Shown here: positions 26,226-38,400 of the stretch, one piece after another
Position numbering within the stretch: the stretch's first letter is position 1
Layout of the letters: each line of letters starts with the position of its first letter
Source of the DNA: Tubulanus polymorphus
Taxonomy: Eukaryota; Animalia; Nemertea
Assembly (NCBI RefSeq): GCF_964204645.1
Contig: NC_134029.1
Coordinates: 23,430,950 to 23,494,949, forward strand
Direction: 5' to 3'
DNA length: 64,000 nt
Program-made: the position numbers and the translations under genes
Notes under the pieces: model-generated
Databases searched by the model: none
Told to the model about the DNA's origin: nothing
What the model saw: only the letters and a program-made list of their open reading frames with translations

Positions 26226-26342
26226 CTTTCACGGATATTCGGTAGTGTACCCAACGATGACATCACTAACCTGCCCGATTCACCCGATTCACAAAACGTT
26301 GATGATACACCTAGAGAACGGCAAATAGGAACTATATGGGAT
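26226..26342 (+). CDS. MICU3: Candidate MICU3 alternative exon D (LSRIFGSVPNDDITNLPDSPDSQNVDDTPRERQIGTIWD)
   Basis: Branch-like cactaat, T-rich tract, tgcag acceptor and gtaggt donor. 117 nt, phase 0 to 0, no stop codon. LSRIF aligns with LESIF of exon A. Confidence 0.62.
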
Positions 26343-28039
26343 GTAGGTTGATTAATGCACTGTACACCACAGTAAAGATGACGCACACACGTCTTATCCG
26401 TATTCATCGAGTTCTCTAAAAATCACTTTATTATACAAACTGTATATTTATGACTGTGCCTCGTTTTTGGAAGTTTTTCAAATTTATGATCTGTACGGCG
26501 ACAATTTGTCTCTAAAATTTCGAAAACGTGTGTTGAAAGCGCGGAAAACGAAATGACATTTAAGAAAAAGAAATTTACTGTGTGTAGGTTCTTATTTATT
26601 ACGTTATTGGTCTAAAACGCGTTCAGTTTTTTGTTTTTGTTTTTGATGCGGCCACACAAGATCTGCTACTATTCCAATTACGCTCAAAATTTATATATTT
26701 ATATATCGTCTGTTGGCCTTCGATACAGACATATAGTGAGACAGACTTTGTAACCGTGTATCTGATCGCGCTGTCAATTGCCAGGAAGAAAAAAAAACGT
26801 TTAAAAGTTAAAAGCCCTATCTGAAAAACCTTTTGATATCGTGGCGTAAAAAGGGCAAATTCCACGCGAAAGTCTGGACCCATAAATCCGTCTGATTCTT
26901 TGATGATTTTTGATGTTTGTAATCTTTATGACGTGATCAGATATTCGGCTGAAAAATAACAGTCCAATAAATAAGAATCTGGACACAGACGTATAGTGGC
27001 TTTTGGACCGATTAAAAACAACAATGACGAAAGTATTGATGCCTTTTACATGTGCATTGTTTGAACATTGCATCAATCGGAAACCTGTTCGTGCTGAGGT
27101 TAGAACGATGTTTAAAACGGAGAAATCTGGAAAAAGCTCAGAATTTCTCATTTGAACTGAGTTTTGAATAGTTCTTGTTTTGCTGTATAAAAAATTTACA
27201 CGTGTTTGAACACCTTTAACTAACGTTAATGATCTGTTATGCTTAAACTATTCGCTGCTACTAAAGAAATGGCTGAATGAAAAAATCTGCATGAATGGTG
27301 TCGGGTTGGAATCTTTTTCGTATCGAAAGTTGATAATGTTTTCAGCGGCGAAATTGTGTAAATGACGATAGCGCAAATAGAAACGACTGGATCGTTGTTT
27401 ATTTTCATCTGAATTTGCAAAATAATTGATCGTTAAAACGTTTAATTCGTGCCCTGGATGATATTTTGCCTGGATAATCTACTTTTTAAAGAAGTCCTAC
27501 TTTCTGGCTATTTATATGTATTTAGATAACTTTCTTCGCAAAATACACCGTATTTGGATTTACGAATGATCTATCGATTGACAGCGACGATATTCCGTTG
27601 AACTCGAGGAGTTATCTATAGTCATACACGCAATATCGCCGCCTCGTTGAAATAGACTCACGCGATTAGTTTTCGTTTTATCGTTCATAAATATCATTTA
27701 AAATATGAAACTACGCGTTCAATTTGATATTAACTAAAAAGTTTTAAGATGTGGACGAAATTAGGGAAGTCAAGGGCGTGGCCAGTATGTAAAACTGTCG
27801 ACACGATATAAATACACCACAGTTATCCCACAATAATTCAGCCAAAGATGTTTAGTTCTCGATGAAGTAAAAATCCTTTACTAAAGAACTTTACATTTCT
27901 GGCTGAATTATTGTGGGATATTTCTCTCGTAAACAGTATAGGACCCGGCAGGCTACACTGTTATGGCCAAGTCATCATTATCAAAACACCTTGAATTAAT
28001 TCAATCCGTCGCTTGACGAATTTACAGTGTAAACTATTA

Positions 28040-28122
28040 GGGATCGTTCATTTATTACCTACGCGGCCGATTCTGGCCTGAAAAAGTCAAATTTCATGCG
28101 TACTTAAAAAAATGAATGATCC
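28040..28122. mobile_element. Deleted copy of MITE family D
   Basis: gggatcgttcatttattac...aaaagtcaaatttcatgcgtac...aatgaatgatcc matches 31147-31310. Confidence 0.7.
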
Positions 28123-28298
28123 ACGTTAACTCTTTTTTTAATTGTTTTTAAAATGATGCTAAGATAATGTTTGTAATATAGACGTATTTCAAATTATCGT
28201 GCCTACAAATTGTCAAAATTCTGGCTACGTCCGTGGCAGGTGTTTGTAATATAAACTGCTATTTCACCGATCTGATGATTGCTGGCCTTGTTTTTCAG

Positions 28299-28316
28299 GA
28301 CTCAACAAACAAGGAG
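28299..28316 (+). CDS. MICU3: MICU3-like 18-nt microexon (DSTNKE), copy 1
   Basis: Branch-like ctgat, ccttgtttttcag acceptor and GAG/gtaaaa donor, phase 0 to 0. Fits the polar linker between the EF1 exit helix and VDTNID. Confidence 0.6.
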
Positions 28317-28541
28317 GTAAAAATATTGCAGTGGTGGTGAATGATTTCTTTTTTTGCCGTCAAAAATGATGCTCGAAATACGTCGAAATTTATCGATTAT
28401 GAAAGTATCATTTCTGACCCATTTCTCTTATAGTCGAAGCCCGAAAAAATCTAAACGAATACTGGCAAAAAAATTCGATTATTTCGACGAATCGCCGCAT
28501 TACTAGTTCTAGATTTAAATACCGGTGGCGCCTCAGTCCAG

Positions 28542-28679
<138 letters not shown>

Positions 28680-28685
28680 TTTCAG

Positions 28686-28703
28686 GACTCAACAAACAAG
28701 GAG
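28686..28703 (+). CDS. MICU3: Duplicate of the DSTNKE microexon, copy 2 (upstream branch region replaced by a TA tract)
   Basis: Identical sequence and splice dinucleotides 387 bp downstream of copy 1, inside a tandem duplication. Confidence 0.3.
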
Positions 28704-28928
28704 GTAAAAATATTGCAGTGGTGGTGAATGATTTCTTTTTTTGCCGTCAAAAATGATGCTCGAAATACGTCGAAATTTATCGATTATGAAAGTATCATTT
28801 CTGACCCATTTCTCTTATAGTCGAAGCCCGAAAAAATCTAAACGAATACTGGCAAAAAAATTCGATTATTTCGACGAATCGCCGCATTACTAGTTCTAGA
28901 TTTAAATACCGGTGGCGCCTCAGTCCAG

Positions 28929-29093
<165 letters not shown>

Positions 29094-29826
29094 TTTTGCA
29101 TGATTTATGCCCTGAAAATCATCATTCGCTTCTGAAATTATAAATCCTCCGTGGTTCATGGTTTTTATCCAGTCCCGCTAATTGATGCTTCTCCTGATTT
29201 TGACGGTGATGATTAATCCCCTACTATGATAATCCCGCAGCGCCGTCGCCTCTTGTTCCCCATCATTCTGCATCCTGACAAAAAATTTCAAAATCAAAAT
29301 AACATCGAGCATTACCCGTCGTGATTCATGATTCCCTTTAAACTTGTCCATGTTAATTCGTGGTCTAATGAAATATGTACCTTGTATTCACATAATTTTA
29401 ACGGAATATTTTAAGAAGTAAATCATTTCAAAATAGCTTCAATAATGAGTTGATTTCATCCCTGCTTCCAGTAATAAGGTGTATGTCGCATAATATATAT
29501 ATACATAATCTGCCACTCACCCAACCCCCCCCCTCCCGCTACTGAGGTGGACAGATTTTATTTTATATCTGATTTTGAGAGTTTTAGTTTTGTCGTTAAA
29601 TTTTCTTATTCTTTAAATGTTAGTTCAGATATAAGCACTAGTCGTGTACTAGTATGTACCGGTTTTTAATTCACTCGTATTAATTAGATCTGGCTGTTGA
29701 AAAAAATTAGGAATTCTGTATAAAATAATTCAAATTGCTTAATCAGCTTTCTACCGATAAACAATATGACGTGATAACGTTTCGATCCTGTGTTTTGATA
29801 ATGTTTTCCGTGTAATTTTATTGAAG

Positions 29827-29930
29827 GTTGATACAAATATTGATATAACGGAAGTTCCCGACACGACGCTGTTGATTCATTTCTTCGGATCGAAGGGACG
29901 CGATACTCTTAATTACAAAGATTTCAGCAG
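29827..29930 (+). CDS. MICU3: MICU3-like exon (VDTNIDITEVPDTTLLIHFFGSKGRDTLNYKDFSR)
   Basis: Acceptor ttgaag and donor gtgagg, phase 0 to 2. DTTLL.HFFG..G...L...DF.R motif. Confidence 0.92.
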
Positions 29931-30178
29931 GTGAGGGCAACAGCAATTTTCGGCTATAAAGAAAATTATACCCCGTTTCGCCTTAAATCGGCCGGGTCAC
30001 TTTTGTAAGCTACAAAAATATTTGTAATCGGTTCATTTCTATAATTGCCGAATCCGTCATTGCTAGCTTGATCATGATTTTAAAAGAAATGATATACAGG
30101 GAATATATATCATTTTTCCTGAAGTGATGAATAATAAGACACTGCGTTTAGAAGCATATCTGGATTCGTGTTTCACAG

Positions 30179-30356
30179 GTTCATGGATAATCTACAAACG
30201 GAAGTTTTACAGTTGGAATTTAACGAGTTTTCTCGCGGTATGCCCACCATTTCCGAGACAGAGTTTGCAAAGATTCTGTTACGATATACGACACTAGAGG
30301 CCGCTAGTCAACAGGAATACTTGCAGCGTGTTGAAGAACGCATTCCCGATGAGAAG
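30179..30356 (+). CDS. MICU3: MICU3-like exon (FMDNLQTEVLQLEFNEFSRGMPTISETEFAKILLRYT...IPDEK)
   Basis: Acceptor tttcacag and donor gtaata, phase 2 to 0. FMDNLQTEVL.LEF motif; overlaps ORF 30168..30404. Confidence 0.96.
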
Positions 30357-30526
30357 GTAATAGCCGCGATCACACGAGCGTTTTTGGCCCGGGCCAAGTT
30401 TTAACAAAACTCATTATTCATACCGATTTAAACCGCTCAGATTTACACATTTTTGACTGTAATATTAACGTTTTAAACCCGTATTTGTTGCAGTTTTGAA
30501 CCAGTTATTATCGATTCTATTCGCAG

Positions 30527-30635
30527 GGCATTACTTTCGAAGAGTTCAAGAAGTTTTTCCAATTTCTGAACAATTTAGACGATTTTACGGTCGCCATGAG
30601 AATGTACACGTTCGCCAATCAACCAATCTCTCAAG
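30527..30635 (+). CDS. MICU3: MICU3-like exon (GITFEEFKKFFQFLNNLDDFTVAMRMYTFANQPISQ)
   Basis: Acceptor ttcgcag and donor gtcagc, phase 0 to 1. GITF.EF..FFQFLNNL.DF..AM.MY motif. Confidence 0.96.
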
Positions 30636-30959
30636 GTCAGCGACACCAATAAAAACGAAGCTTTTTTTCTCTAAACTTAAAGCGCTATACATCAAATTAC
30701 AAATTTAGGATGTATAATTAATTGACCTAAAATGCTCACAGACACAAGGCAAATATTATGTATCTATCTATTTCGTAAATAGAATTTACAATTGAATCTG
30801 GGTATGGAAAAAGTATTGAAAAGGTATGGAAAATTATATTGGCCAAACCGTGGACACCCTGGTTTGCACAGGGATATTGGACACAAATTATGTATCGTGT
30901 GTCATGTTATGCACTAACGAAACTTTGGCTGACGTTTCTTTTCTTTTTAACCATTTTAG

Positions 30960-31117
30960 ATGAATTTCAAAGAGCGGTGAAAGTGTGCGTAGGTCATACG
31001 TTAGATAAAAACCTCGTGAACACAGTATTCCAGATATTTGACACAGATGGCGACGGTCATTTAAGTCATCAGGAATTCATATCAATCATGAAAGATCGTT
31101 TACATCGAGGTGTTCGA
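30960..31117 (+). CDS. MICU3: MICU3-like exon encoding the C-terminal EF-hand (DEFQRAVKVCVGHTLDKNLVNTVFQIFDTDGDGHLSHQEFISIMKDRLHRGVR)
   Basis: Acceptor ccattttag and donor gtaagt, phase 1 to 0. EF-hand loop DTDGDGHLSHQE followed by MKDRLHRG. Confidence 0.97.
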
Positions 31118-31146
31118 GTAAGTTTTGATTACCGGAGATTGTGAAA

Positions 31147-31310
31147 GGGATCATTCATTTATTACGTACGCATTAGGGGAGAGGGAGGGGTTAGTGCAAT
31201 GGCGTATACTGTAATGCTTTATGTATATGGAAAAAATGGCCGATTTTGGCCGTACAGGTGGGCGGTTGAGAAAGTCAAATTTCATGCATACGTAATAAAT
31301 GAATGATCCC
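31147..31310. mobile_element. MITE family D in the last MICU3 intron
   Basis: 22-bp perfect terminal inverted repeat GGGATCATTCATTTATTACGTA / TACGTAATAAATGAATGATCCC. Confidence 0.8.
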
Positions 31311-31724
31311 ATATGAAAAATGTGAAAGAAAAAATGTTTGACACAAATAATTAATAGAAAATGTGAACAAAATGTGAAGATTTTCTTTTAATTCGGGAAA
31401 TATTTTGTAAATTCATTTAACACTTCACTTAGCATAGTTTTGGGCAATTGCTTGCCCGAGGACATTTTCTTGAAAATCATCTCGATCAACCAGTCACCAG
31501 TAAAATGTTGACTTCCCTGTAGTATGATGGTATGTTCACTTTGTTACGAAGGCCCCATTTCTATTCGGGAAAATTGATTGCTATAGATTACTAATGTTAT
31601 ATAGATGGTAAGAATTTGAGAATTTGAATTCATGTATTCTGCGGGACCAATGAATGTTTTTTGACACAGGCTCTACTCTAGTGCATTAATGGGTTATATG
31701 TGCGCTCTCTAACACTCATTTCAG

Positions 31725-31799
31725 TCACATCTCGACGAGAAAAGTCAGTGGTCGATTTTTAAAACTTGCGTCAAACGCGAAATCAAACAGAATCAATAG
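31725..31799 (+). CDS. MICU3: MICU3-like terminal coding exon (SHLDEKSQWSIFKTCVKREIKQNQ*)
   Basis: Branch point ctctaac, tttcag acceptor, phase 0, TAG stop at 31797-31799. W..FK.CVK.E helix with the conserved Cys that MICU proteins use for intermolecular disulfides. Confidence 0.92.
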   Translation, partial: SHLDEKSQWSIFKTCVKREIKQNQ

Positions 31800-31887
31800 A
31801 GAGTAGGGAGTGATGGCTACAGCTGCTGAGATGAAAGTGGAAGATGCTCGGGACAGTTTGTTAATGTATTAGACAGCTGAGATCAGT

Positions 31888-32477
31888 AATAAACCTGTCA
31901 TATATTGGTTTCAAGGATATTTTCACTAACTCTAGATTGTGAAGAGGGTGAAATTTGTTGCGAATAAGGCGACAATTGTTAAACCCACGATGAAAAAACC
32001 GAACATTTCTTTAAACATCGACAAATTTAGAAATTTGTCACGAAATCCGAATTTTCAGTTTTTGGCCATTTTCGGTTTATTTCATTGTGGTTTTGAAACT
32101 TCTGTATATTGTAAATAAAATATCTAACGTATATCTAAACATTGTTTACGTTGTGAGATCAATCTATCGAATGTTATCGGGCTTTAGAGAATAAAGGATA
32201 TAATATTATTCAACTGCTTTTTGAGAATATATGGTGTAAGGAATCGTTCGAGCTGCTCTGGTTTTACTCTCTGATTCCGATAGATGGCAGAGTCAGTGAA
32301 ACAGCAACCGCTCGAATATGATATATTTATTCTTTTCTTTTCAATTTTTCTATATACAATGTAGATCTGTTAGCGTTAACACGTATACCTGTATGATGAT
32401 CGTACGGCGCTTATTGCACTTTTTATATTGTTTTTCCTTGAAGTGTTAAAAATTACAAATAAATGATAACAAATAAA
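31888..32477 (+). terminator. Candidate polyadenylation signals in the MICU3 3' UTR
   Basis: AATAAA at 31888, 32114, 32190, 32458 and 32472 downstream of the stop codon, the last two followed by T-rich sequence. Which one is used cannot be told from sequence. Confidence 0.45.
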
Positions 32478-35400
32478 ATGCGATGAATCGAGCGTTTGAT
32501 TTTTAATTCTTTAATTTCTCGAGACTGATGATCCGCTGAGCATATGAGAACTGTCGGTGTAATCCAGCCTGGAGCCCACCCTCTTCGTGATAATCGGATG
32601 TGGCCATTCGCAAATTTTCTAATTCTATTTACGAAATTAAAGATATAATGTACTTAGGGAGAAGTAGCCAATTATATCTCGCGTATACAATGTAGATGTC
32701 TACGCACTTTATGCATGGTCCTCGGTGTAAGGGGGTCTGTTCGTGTTGAAAACCTTAACGAGGCGAAGTCTTTAGGATTAGAATTTGAGACTAATCTATG
32801 ATCAAGTGTCGAATATCGGGGTCTGGTTGCGGATACCTACCACGAATGAAGAAAGGAGAGATGTGAATTTAAATTATTCACCGTCATTCGTTTCTTTTTC
32901 CCCCGGAGACGATATCCTGCGAACTGCTGCTATTCGTTATACCGCGGCTGGAGGAGGAGATAGTCTGTCTGTACTACACCTAGTCTAAACGTTATTCATA
33001 ATTTAATCAGATCTTTTCTTGGGATTTCACATCGGGTTCCACGAATTCAATTTTTGATCGAGTCTGGGAATTTGAGACTTGCCGCTGGCACTGGAAGGCT
33101 TATCCGGAATCTGCGATGTTTCAAAATACTTTTCCGCTTTATACGGTACCGGTATATAAGTCGATCCATATTGCAGCGGAAAAAAAGTCCAGCCGGTTGG
33201 AAAATGCTCAACGTTTTCCAGTTGAATCGCGCTTTTCTGCCCGATTGCTGCAACAATGAAAACCACACAGCGTCATTTCGGATATAAAGCTTCTTTTCTG
33301 TCGCTTTAATAAATGCGCATTCGAGTGAATCATAATTTAAAGTAACGATAATTGAATTTTTATTTCGTGAAAATCTAATCTAAATCGCGTTTCGCTGATG
33401 CGTGTTACACAGTTACAATACAATATCCATCGGGATGAATAGAAGACCAACTATGTGCAAACTTTTAAAAGAGAACTTACATTGATTAGAATCTACAAAT
33501 CTTTGCACATTTGGAGTTGTATAATGAATTCATGACCAGATCTGAGACATTGTTCGCGATAAATCAACCGAATGAGCTTTGACTATGTCAATATGACGCC
33601 ACGGCAATAGTCGGCGTCAGCAATATTGGCTGATAGTAAACGCTCCAACACGTGGCGTAGCGGGACACTGTTCGCCGTTCAACCCCGCAAACGCCCAAAA
33701 TATCAAGACACACAGAAACGCATCATCTTTCCAAGCATAATCTCTCCGAGGAAAATATACATAATCCTTTGCTCGTACATCGTTGCACAAAAGATGTTTA
33801 AATATATTAAACTGATCGGACAAAAGGTGCACCTTTTGACGAGATGCCATGAGCTTAGTGCGCTAGCCTTTGATGTTTGTTGTTTTTTAAGTCCCAGTGG
33901 AACTCAATCAAGCAGAGCCATCGTCGGGCCACGATATGACCTTGAGAACTGGATTCAATTCCTATAAATCCACATATTCAGCAGCTCAATTTCCAGTCAA
34001 GTTCTAATATGTACTGATTATTGAATAAGTAAAAAGGACGGATTAGTTTTATAGATTGGGCTCTATTTATATACCGGTATGCAGTTACAGCGAAATAGTC
34101 CGGTTTCATGTGGCGAAGTGTTCTTCATTTTAAATCTAATCTATAAAACTGGCCCCTGGCATGTGGATGTAAAACGATATTTTTAATGATTTCGCAGGTT
34201 CTAATCATGTGAATTTACCGGAAACCCGATTGTTAATTTTCTGGTAGTTCAACTATTCGATTTTCACATCGCCCGGGTGAACTAAGAATTACCCGAGTGA
34301 GACCGGGGGCAGAAAACGCCAGTTAAAAACTACGAAGGATCTTTTCTCGGCTTCTTACGTGTTAATATACAAGTAGTTCACCTGGCAAATTCACACGATT
34401 TCTCGTCACGAAAAAACCACGCCTCCACACGCCGGGTAACAGGCGCGGTTTTTATCATATAAAACATCTCTGACAGTTGCTCGACTCTCTCTTTCTCGAA
34501 CAACAAAAACAGGACGATTCGATCGGGAGAATCGTGGATCCGGTGAATATCTGCAGCCGTCTGCTTCAGTCTGCTGTACGTGGCAGGTGTGTCGATTCAC
34601 AGGCACGCATTCGGTCGCTAGAATTTACGGCACCGTTTATCTGATAGATTTGATACGGCTGAGAGACTGGTCGTGCATTGACCGCTCAATAAAGGCAGCA
34701 TCCATGAAAAACTCTCCCTCGTTTTAACTATGGTGCATTGAGGAGTTTTTCCATACATATACTTATCATGTACATATAATGTATCATCGGACTGTTCTCA
34801 ACACTTCGTGTTCTCAGTGTCATTTCCGATTCCATCTTTTTCGATATCTATTTACGGTCTTTGTGGCAGATATTTGATATCTGTTCTCGGGCGTTAATGT
34901 TTTTCGTGCTTTATGAGTGGGTTAACAAAGGTTGTCAGTATCTCTCTGTATTAACCGCCCCTCTTTATTTGTATGTTTCTACTGAACGGATGTACAATAA
35001 CGCAAATAAAAACAGGTTCAGTTAAATCCGTGTTACCTTTCGCGCAAATTCGAGTAAAAAGTCCACTCCGCGTCAGCGACACAGGGGATCTCTAGTCGTC
35101 CATGTTTTAACCAATCCGATCACGCGCTGCTTAATCTATAGCAATGTGAAAAGCTAAGAGGCATGAGGTATTTTTTCTAAAATCACGAATGGCTGTCGTG
35201 TAACTTGAAATCGAAATGATTATGTTTATGAAGTCGAAGGAATATTTCTATCATTTACATCATGCAACTTGTCTTCAACCGCGGACCAACTTTTCATTTA
35301 CGAAACTAAATCATATATGAAAAATAGTCAAGCTCTTGGGAACCCTTACAATATACCGCGTACTGCTATCGTCTACCGCTGCAAAGTGTGAATTTAATAT

Positions 35401-38400
35401 CTGTTATGAGTCTTCTATTCTGGCATTCTAGAATTGGTAATCTTCGATTTAAAAGTAAGATGACCCGGTGCTGATATTAATCAAGTTCCTTTTTCATGAG
35501 TACCGCGGAACGACGTGGGTATAAAACATGTACGTCTTTTTCTCATTAAAGTATTTGAATATTAAATGGTTTTTGTAAATGATCTTACTGCTGTCTACCC
35601 ACGCAACTTACAGACTGAAAACCGATTTATCTGACTCCATCCCTGCACTGTTACAACCTACATCCTATACTAGCTAGCGACAAGGAGGCTTTATTCTGAT
35701 CATTTTTCAAACTTTTCCCGACTTCATGTTCGTCTATGCGACGCTTCACGCTTCACACTATTTCTCGTGACAAGCCAGTGATAGATTATTACGCGAAAGC
35801 CACGCGGAGCCACGTTCATGGTCGCAGGGTAGGAAAAATTGAAATTTCGATTGGGATAAAAATGACCAGTCTACGGATGAATAATGGCTGTTGCTAGTGT
35901 GATTGAAAGTGGCGTTGCATTACCGAGTATTAATCCTTGGCAATTACAGACGAGCTATACTGAGTAAATTCACTGATATTTGTTCACGCAATCCATCAGA
36001 AATAGTTATATTCCGCCATCTCTTACTCTTCTTCATTTTCTCATCATGGCAACCGCCATATGTCTGACAATCATATATTATTAACCCTATATTAACTGTT
36101 CATATTATATCTTCATTATTCAAATAAATGTACGAAGTAAAATGAATGAACTCCAAATGTATCGATAGATTTCTGAATAAGAAAATAACAGTCCGCCATT
36201 TCCTAATCCATTACGTTTAGTTGTATTTCAATATATAGCGAATTGGATTGAATTCAGTAGAAAGATACCCATATCTTTAAAGGAAGATCAAATTTCAAAT
36301 TGATTGATATAGATTTTCAATACTATCTCGCTATCTTTCTCACATCATTCGCTGGTCTGCGAGAATTCTGCGCAGTGTTGAACCAAAATGCGCTTCGATA
36401 ATATCGAAAGCTATCCACGGAGAATGTTCATGTTTTCGGCTCATTAAAATTCTTTAGGCAACCCGAACGAGTCTAACTATTCATTTTCGATATAACCGAG
36501 TTCCTGTTGCGTGTCACGAGTTAACGACCCGTGAAGACTGTGATCTATTCCACGGCATTTCTGCTTGTTTTTTCTTTATTGTTTTTTTTCCTCATGCTCG
36601 CAGCAGAAATGAATACGAGTATGATGGAAATCCTATAAATCTGTCTGAACCCGAATTGAAAATGTCCACCGTTCCTGTCTATCCATATCGAGTGAGGAAA
36701 ACAGATTTTGATATATGTGTCCCTGGGGTATTTTGTTCACGCATGGTCGGTCGGATATATGTCAGAATTATTGCTCAAATCGATTGTTCTTTGTCATTGT
36801 GATTCTGACATACGCATATTTTTGTATACATGCATTCTGATAGCGGTAATGTACCCCGCATCCGATGCTGGATTACCTGGGCAAACCGATATGAAAGAAG
36901 GAACCAGCGCTATTGACAACAGATTCAAGCACATCGGATTTCTCGGGTAAAAGGCCTATGTATACGCGACCATGTGTACAACGGACATGAACGCGATTCC
37001 TGTAAACCGATATCTATATTTCAAACGAATGTTCAAAGTTTGCTGTAAAGATCATAAGATTTTACAAAGTCTCCTTTGATTCAAAGGTAAAAATCCAGAA
37101 CCAGAGTTTCGAGAACCACCATTCATCACCGAGGCGAGTTTTACACACAAACAAAAAAAATAGTTCTACGCCGCTGTTTTTGAAATTTTCTACGCCGCAA
37201 ATATTGACGTGCGTTTATTCTCGTGCAGCCAAACAAATAAATTAATCAGCTCCGCCGATCTGACACCGGGTTTATAATCAATTTTCGACTGCACAGTCGT
37301 TTGTGTGCTGCTGTAAAGACGACCAAATCCCCAAAACCAATAACCACGTCGTATCCTACCTATTCTTGTGGGAACAACCGACTAATGTTTGCCAACGATT
37401 CGACTGTGTGTTTACGAACAAGTAAAAATCGAATTAAATGAGCTTTTTCGTCCGAGATCAAACACCTGATTCAACGAGCATCAAAAACCGATTTAAGAAG
37501 AAACTTTTTTCAAAGATGACGCGCCGCTGAGTAATTACCGTTCAAAAACCAGGCATTTCATGCGACGCTTGTTTAAATATGGTCCATTTATGAAGATTGA
37601 TCGCTTTGAATATCTTCTCTTCTAACCGATATGAGGATCGTGGTCTGCGGTTTGCGGATGAATCGATAGATACATATACATGTATACTCGAAATCATTTA
37701 AGAAAATTAAGCGCCAGGTGCGAGCGTTCGCAAATGATCGTCTGTGCTGGGTATGATAGGTAAATTAACCATGAATATGCTTGGGACGGTTGTGACATTT
37801 ACAAAGATCATTCCTCAATTTAGATTCTCAGCCGTGCTGTTAATGTCCTGCGCATTCTATAAACCATTAACGCGTATTTGGCTGTTAAATGAAATATGTA
37901 ATTTCTGAGAATTGTCCGTAAGGTTTTGATCTTCATGAAGCAGAAAAGGATTTAAGTAATATTCATGATATTCCGCCCGAGCTCTTGAAAAAACAAAGAA
38001 TGACAGGGAATGGTGCCATTAATGGCAAACTGCTCCTGAAAAACCCGCGGGTCAAAGTGGCATTTCTTCTATACAATTTCCAGTCATTGATTTTTCACCT
38101 GCCATAGGAGAATTGAAAAATAATCGTGGGGAAATAACGACATTAATTTTGTAGTTGACTAGATTTGGTATCAAACAATCTACAACCTGTTGCTACTAGC
38201 AATAGTTCCCACAGAGTCGGTTCGTTTGTATGAAATATTAAAAGCATCGCGAATCGCTTCGGTCGGTGGCGGGATTTATTTGAACATGGACCTATAAACG
38301 AGAAACAGGTCCATGAACTGAAACAGTAGATGATGTTAATTACACGTTGTTCGCTTGTGTTGTATAACGTATTTCCTGTTCATTCGCTAGCTCTATTTGT

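Noticed and set aside
27526-27621. Segment after tttag reading ITFFAKYTVFG... as a further alternative exon
   Set aside because: It runs into a TAG stop, and the only phase-0 donor (GTATTT) is weak.
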